DNA of 63,693 bases, the filler included, from an uncultured Gemmatimonadota bacterium (GTDB lineage: Bacteria; Blakebacterota; Blakebacteria; Blakebacterales; Blakebacteraceae), in NCBI GenBank assembly GCA_964576115.1. It is 4 parts of 4 records of this genome, joined end to end, with 100 filler letters (N's around TTAATTAATTAA, not from the genome) between each part and the next. Parts side by side here need not be neighbours in the genome. Positions count along the whole stretch, not along the records: positions 51,274 to 63,693 come from CAZNUA010000077.1; 3 more parts are not named here. One strand, given 5' to 3'. Shown piece after piece: positions 59,615 to 63,693 of the stretch. How positions within the stretch are numbered: the stretch's first letter is position 1; every line of letters starts with the position of its first letter. Under the pieces are notes generated by a model. That model was not told the origin of the DNA, did no database searches, and saw only the letters and a program-made list of their open reading frames with translations. The translations under genes were made by a program, and so were the position numbers.

Positions 59615-61996
59615 CTACCGCTCCGGGGGCCGGATCACGATCCGGTCGTCGATCTCGACGCTCTGTTCCGAGCCGTCCTCGTACACGATCCGCAGAGTGC
59701 GGGGTGCCGGGGCCTGGTTGATGAGTACCCAGCGCCGGCCCTTTTTACGAACCTGGACCCGATCGATCCCGAAGCCCCGCTCCCGCTCGCGGTCGATGTA
59801 GACCTGACCCCAGTGGTCGAGGATGCGCATGGCCGCCTCGGCCGCGGCGCCGTTGCCCCAGTCGTAGATGGTGAAGACCCCCATGCCCTCACCCTCGGCT
59901 GAAGTGCGCCCCCCGTGGCCGTAGTTCTCCATGGTGAAGCCGTAGTCCTCGGGGCCGAACCAGGGATAGACCTTCTCCCACATCGCTTGTACGCCCGGGT
60001 TCTCGGGGCAGTACATCATCACGAAGCCGGCTTTCAGCGCCGCCAGACCCCGTTCGAAATGCGCCGGATCGCCGGTCCAGCGGTAGTAGTCGAGGAAGAG
60101 CTCGGCGAAAAGGGTCTGGCGCGAGTCGTTCCACTCTCCGTCGGCATTCATTACCCCGAAGCCCCCCAGGGCGGGCACGTAGATGAAGGGAGGCTGCCAG
60201 ACCTGCTGGGCCATCGAGAGCTCGTCGAGAGTGCGCCAGCCGAAGGCCAGGTAGTGCTGCTCACCGGTGGCGCGGAAGCAGGCCAGCAGGGCCTCGGCGG
60301 TCCAGAACATCGAGAGGGTGTTCTGCTTGTGCAGGGCGTTGCGTTCGATCTTGCGATCCAGGTACTCCTCGCGGCCCCAGCCACAGCACGACCAGAAGGT
60401 CTCGTAATCGTGCCATTTGCCCTCGGGCACGATCGCGGCCAGCACCGCCTGCATGGCCCGCAGGGCCGCCTCGCGGTAACGGGTCTGGCCGGTGGCCTCG
60501 GCCAGGGCGAGCAGGAAGGTCACGCTCAGGCTGGTCTCTGGGGTCCGGTTCATGACCGGGCCGGGCTCGTGGGTCTCGGGATCGAGCCAGCCGGGAAAGA
60601 AGCCGGCCTCGTCCTGCAGGGTGAGCAGGCGCTCGCCCCAGGCGCGGGCGTAGTCGAGCAGGCGCTCCTCGGCTTCGAGTTCGTCGTACCAGCGCAGCAT
60701 CAGCAGGGCCGTCCAGCTCGAGTCGAGCACGTGGTACCAGGCGTCGGTGATGCCGTGGTCGCGGGGGCAGCGGTTGGAGTTGGACCAGGTGGCCTCGCTC
60801 CAGGGGCGGGGGCGGCGGTATTCCCGGCCCTCGATCTCAACCGTCTCGTTGGGAGTGCGGATGACAGCCGGGAAGAGACCGCCGGAGACCGGGGCGGCCA
60901 GGGCCAGCTCCCGGGTCAGCCGGGCCCGGCGCAGCAGATCGTCATCGCCGGTCTTGCGAGCCCGGCGGTAGAGCCCCGAGGCGCTGCGCAGCGAAGAGAA
61001 CCAGGTCTGGTTCCAGATCGAGAGGAACTCGCGCTGATACCAGATCCCCGGATAATTGGGCGACTGGGAGATGTTGACGATGAACTGCGGGGCCCCGACC
61101 AGCACGCCCTCCAGGTCGAACTCCTGCCAGACGGACTCGGCCCAGGAACCGAAGGCCCATTCATACGTGCGGTCGACGTAGGTTGCCAGGGGCGCCCCGA
61201 TCGGTTCCCCGGCGGCCAGCAGGGGACTGCCCCAGCGCCGCCACAGGAACGAGGCCACCGGCGCCCAGGGATTGCGCACGCCCCAGTCGTCTTTCCAGGT
61301 GCAGACATAGAAGGCCAGCTCGAGTTCCCCCGGAGCGATCGTCATGCCTTCGGTTTTGGTGAAGAGCACGTGGGCGGGGATATCGGTCCGGACCAGGCCA
61401 AGCCACATCCGTCGGGCGGGGGCGTCGTAGTCGAGGAACCAGGGACTGTCGGGGCGCTGGCCGACCAGATCGAGGTCGGGCACCACGGCCACCGAGAGGT
61501 TCTCCTGCTGGGCGATCAGGGCGGGGGAGCGGAAGACGTGCTGGGCTATGACGTAGCCCTCTTCGGGCGCCAGGTGGGGGGCCCACCAGAAATCGGGTTC
61601 GAGAGCGACCTCGAAGGGGATCGCCAATTCGTCACAGGCGATCTCCCCGGGCACCTGCCAGCGCAGGCCGACCCGCTGCCAGCCCTCCCCGGCGACCCGC
61701 ACGGTCACCTCGGGTGAACCGGCGCCGGGCAGTTCGGGGGGCGTGAAGGTGAGGCACTCCCGGTCGTTGAGGGCGACCGCCCAGCCGCGGTCGGTGCGGG
61801 TCACGGTCATCTCGTCCTGCTCGCCCGTCCGGCTGGTGGTGGTGCGCGGACCCGAACCGCAGCCGCTGAGTCCGGTCAGGACCAGCAGCAGGAGTGGCAG
61901 GACGCCCAGTCGGGACAGAACCGGGAACGACGCCGGGCGCTGGCGGGATCCCGGATGGAGGTGTTGTGAAGGGCTGAGGGGACGGTCCATCGTCAT
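59615..61996 (-). CDS. Large uncharacterised lipoprotein, probably with an (alpha/alpha)-barrel glycoside hydrolase-like domain (start uncertain)
   Basis: Lipobox LSGC; Trp/Asp/Glu-rich; helical repeats LLALAEATGQTRYREAA and LLACFRATGEQHYL; co-oriented with GH172 and SSS. Confidence 0.65.
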   Translation of the reverse strand: MTMDRPLSPSQHLHPGSRQRPASFPVLSRLGVLPLLLLVLTGLSGCGSGPRTTTSRTGEQDEMTVTRTDRGWAVALNDRECLTFTPPELPGAGSPEVTVRVAGEGWQRVGLRWQVPGEIACDELAIPFEVALEPDFWWAPHLAPEEGYVIAQHVFRSPALIAQQENLSVAVVPDLDLVGQRPDSPWFLDYDAPARRMWLGLVRTDIPAHVLFTKTEGMTIAPGELELAFYVCTWKDDWGVRNPWAPVASFLWRRWGSPLLAAGEPIGAPLATYVDRTYEWAFGSWAESVWQEFDLEGVLVGAPQFIVNISQSPNYPGIWYQREFLSIWNQTWFSSLRSASGLYRRARKTGDDDLLRRARLTRELALAAPVSGGLFPAVIRTPNETVEIEGREYRRPRPWSEATWSNSNRCPRDHGITDAWYHVLDSSWTALLMLRWYDELEAEERLLDYARAWGERLLTLQDEAGFFPGWLDPETHEPGPVMNRTPETSLSVTFLLALAEATGQTRYREAALRAMQAVLAAIVPEGKWHDYETFWSCCGWGREEYLDRKIERNALHKQNTLSMFWTAEALLACFRATGEQHYLAFGWRTLDELSMAQQVWQPPFIYVPALGGFGVMNADGEWNDSRQTLFAELFLDYYRWTGDPAHFERGLAALKAGFVMMYCPENPGVQAMWEKVYPWFGPEDYGFTMENYGHGGRTSAEGEGMGVFTIYDWGNGAAAEAAMRILDHWGQVYIDRERERGFGIDRVQVRKKGRRWVLINQAPAPRTLRIVYEDGSEQSVEIDDRIVIRPPER

Positions 61997-62091
61997 CACC
62001 CGGCAGGTTGTCGGTTGCGATCGCTGAAGAGTAGCACGGGGCCGAAGAGGGATTCCACGCACAATCCGGCCCGACGTCCTCAACGACCGGT

Positions 62092-62292
62092 CATGACTGG
62101 CGGCCGATCTTCGGCTGGGACCGGCCGGTTCTGCGGGAGCTGTTTACCGCCGAGGTGTTCCGGTTCCTGCGGGAGAAGGAACTGCTGAGCGCCGAACGGA
62201 TGCAACTGATCCAGTCGTGGCGGCACTCGGGATTCGGGGTGCATATGGGCGAGGCGTTCAGTGCCGCGGATCTCCCGCCGCCTGGACTTTGA
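62092..62292 (+). mobile_element. Remnant of an IS91-like (Y2/HUH rolling-circle) transposase
   Basis: Startless frame HDWRPIFGWDRPVLRELFTAEVFRFLREKELLSAERMQLIQSWRHSGFGVHMG; SWRHSGFxVH is characteristic of IS91-type transposases. Confidence 0.7.
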
Positions 62293-62332
62293 ACTGGTGA
62301 TAATGTGTCAATTCACTCCCTTTCGTTTCAGT

Positions 62333-62393
62333 CCTCAAAATGCCGCTCTTGACACCCTCAAAATCCCGATGTAGGATACCTCTAAATCCCGAT
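62333..62393 (+). promoter_or_regulatory. Sigma70 promoter overlapped by three direct repeats with a 23-bp period
   Basis: TTGACA (62349-62354)-17 bp-TAGGAT (62372-62377); CCTCAAAATGCCG at 62333, CCTCAAAATCCCGAT at 62356, CCTCTAAATCCCGAT at 62379. Confidence 0.8.
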
Positions 62394-62422
62394 AATAATA
62401 AACCCTGTAGGGAGAGGTCACC

Positions 62423-63682
62423 GTGTCCGGCATGATTGTCCGGAGAATCGCAGCCGTCGTGGAGTTTCTGGCCAGAGAAGAGCCTGTGATCGCGCTCCAG
62501 GGCCCGAGAACCGTCGGGAAAACCACACTGCTTCGGGCCGTCGCCGCTGGCAAGGGTGTTGATGTCGTGGATCTGGACGACGTGGCTATCCGAGAAGCTG
62601 CGACCGCGGATCCTGCAACCTTCGTATCGGGTCCGCCGCCCGTGTGCATTGATGAATATCAGCACGTCCCTGACATCCTGGACGCCATCAAGGCGGAGTT
62701 GAACCGGGACAGCTCGCCGGGACGTTTCATCATCACCGGATCCACACGCCACGATGCGCTGCCCATTGCAGCCCAGGCGCTGACCGGCAGGTTGCACGTG
62801 GTAAGCCTCTATCCATTCTCACAGGGAGAGATCGCGGGAATCCGGGAGAACCTGGTTGATGTTCTCTTCGGAGAGGCCTCCAGGTTGGTTACTCCCGAGG
62901 TGTCGTCGACGAGCCGCGAGGAGTATATCCGGCGCGTTGTCACCGGTGGGTTTCCCCTGGCTCTCGGCCGCAATGAAACTGCCCGGAATCGATGGTTTGA
63001 CAACTACATCACCCTGAGCCTCGAGCGAGACGTGGCCGAACTGTCGAAGATCCGGCAGAAACGGGCGCTACCCGAGCTCCTGAGGCGGCTCGCTGGCCAG
63101 ACGGCCCAGATGCTGAACATGGCCTCGGCCGGGGAAAGCGTGGGCCTCAAGGCCGACACCGCCGAGAACTACACCAGATTGCTGGAGGCGGTCTTTCTCG
63201 TGCATCGGCTTCCGGCATGGGGCAAGTCCCTCCGGGCACGGGCAGTCGCGACCCCGAAGCTTCATGTGGTGGATTCAGGGTTGGCCGCGCGGCTTCTTCG
63301 GCTCTCTCCCGGGAAACTGGCTCGCCGTGAACCTGCGAGCCTCCAGGAGTTCGGTCATCTGTTCGAGACGTTCGTAGTTGCCGAAGTCCTGAAGCAGGTC
63401 TCCTGGATGGAGAGGATCGCGGGCTGCGGTCATTGGCGAACGCATGATGGCTCCGAAGTGGATCTGGTGATCGAACGAGACGACGGAAGCATCGTCGGGA
63501 TCGAGGTGAAGGCCGGCAGTCGGGTACAGGACAAGGATCTTTCCGGGCTGCGAATATTGAAGAGCGAGCTCGGTGATGCCTTCGCTGCGGGAGCGGTGCT
63601 CTATACCGGAACCCGTGCCTACATGGTGGAGGAGCGAATCCACGTGGTACCGGCGGATCGATTGTGGACCCGGATCGAGTAA
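62423..63682 (+). CDS. AAA_14 ATPase + wHTH + DUF4143 protein, copy 3
   Basis: GPRTVGKT, VCIDEYQ, ITGS, LTGR, PKLHVVDSG, HWRTHDGSEVDL...IEVK; GGAGAGG SD. Confidence 0.9.
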   Translation: MSGMIVRRIAAVVEFLAREEPVIALQGPRTVGKTTLLRAVAAGKGVDVVDLDDVAIREAATADPATFVSGPPPVCIDEYQHVPDILDAIKAELNRDSSPGRFIITGSTRHDALPIAAQALTGRLHVVSLYPFSQGEIAGIRENLVDVLFGEASRLVTPEVSSTSREEYIRRVVTGGFPLALGRNETARNRWFDNYITLSLERDVAELSKIRQKRALPELLRRLAGQTAQMLNMASAGESVGLKADTAENYTRLLEAVFLVHRLPAWGKSLRARAVATPKLHVVDSGLAARLLRLSPGKLARREPASLQEFGHLFETFVVAEVLKQVSWMERIAGCGHWRTHDGSEVDLVIERDDGSIVGIEVKAGSRVQDKDLSGLRILKSELGDAFAAGAVLYTGTRAYMVEERIHVVPADRLWTRIE

Positions 63683-63693
63683 AGGGTCCGTTC

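Noticed and set aside
62333-62393. Mini CRISPR array or plasmid iterons
   Set aside because: Repeats are only 13-15 bp with 8-10 bp gaps; no cas or rep gene; they coincide with a promoter

Overview
This is GC-rich bacterial DNA made of four unrelated assembly pieces (1-17113, 17214-34269, 34370-51173, 51274-63693). They are joined by artificial 100-bp linkers (44 N + TTAATTAATTAA + 44 N), so adjacency across a linker has no biological meaning. Gene content suggests an uncultured, peptide- and glycoside-degrading, anaerobic or facultative organism. Many secreted lipoproteins, 6-bladed propellers and a TolB-fused Ser/Thr kinase hint at Gemmatimonadota or an FCB-group relative (inference only). 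Recognisable genes: PepX-, M28- and tricorn-type peptidases, GGT, Kup, a DUF1080-Gfo/Idh/MocA-TIM-barrel glycoside cassette, Fur, TadA, a KamA-like radical SAM enzyme, RlmD, NifJ/PFOR with a DHOD-like partner, FabH, a non-pyrrolysine MttB with its corrinoid protein, and a GH172/SSS pair. The most unusual region is 57-63.7 kb. It holds three divergent AAA_14-wHTH-PD-(D/E)XK (DUF4143) genes, each behind an AT-rich promoter overlapped by its own operator-like repeat. Two of them split a putative sugar-utilisation cluster, and an unannotated IS91-type transposase remnant sits beside the third. Other signals missing from the ORF track: a tRNA-Leu 3' remnant (att-like scar), a 37-bp palindrome before a DUF2975-XRE operon, a Fur-box-like site, a stem in the kup leader, and a probable CTG start for an MFS transporter. 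All family calls come from motif recognition, not database searches.
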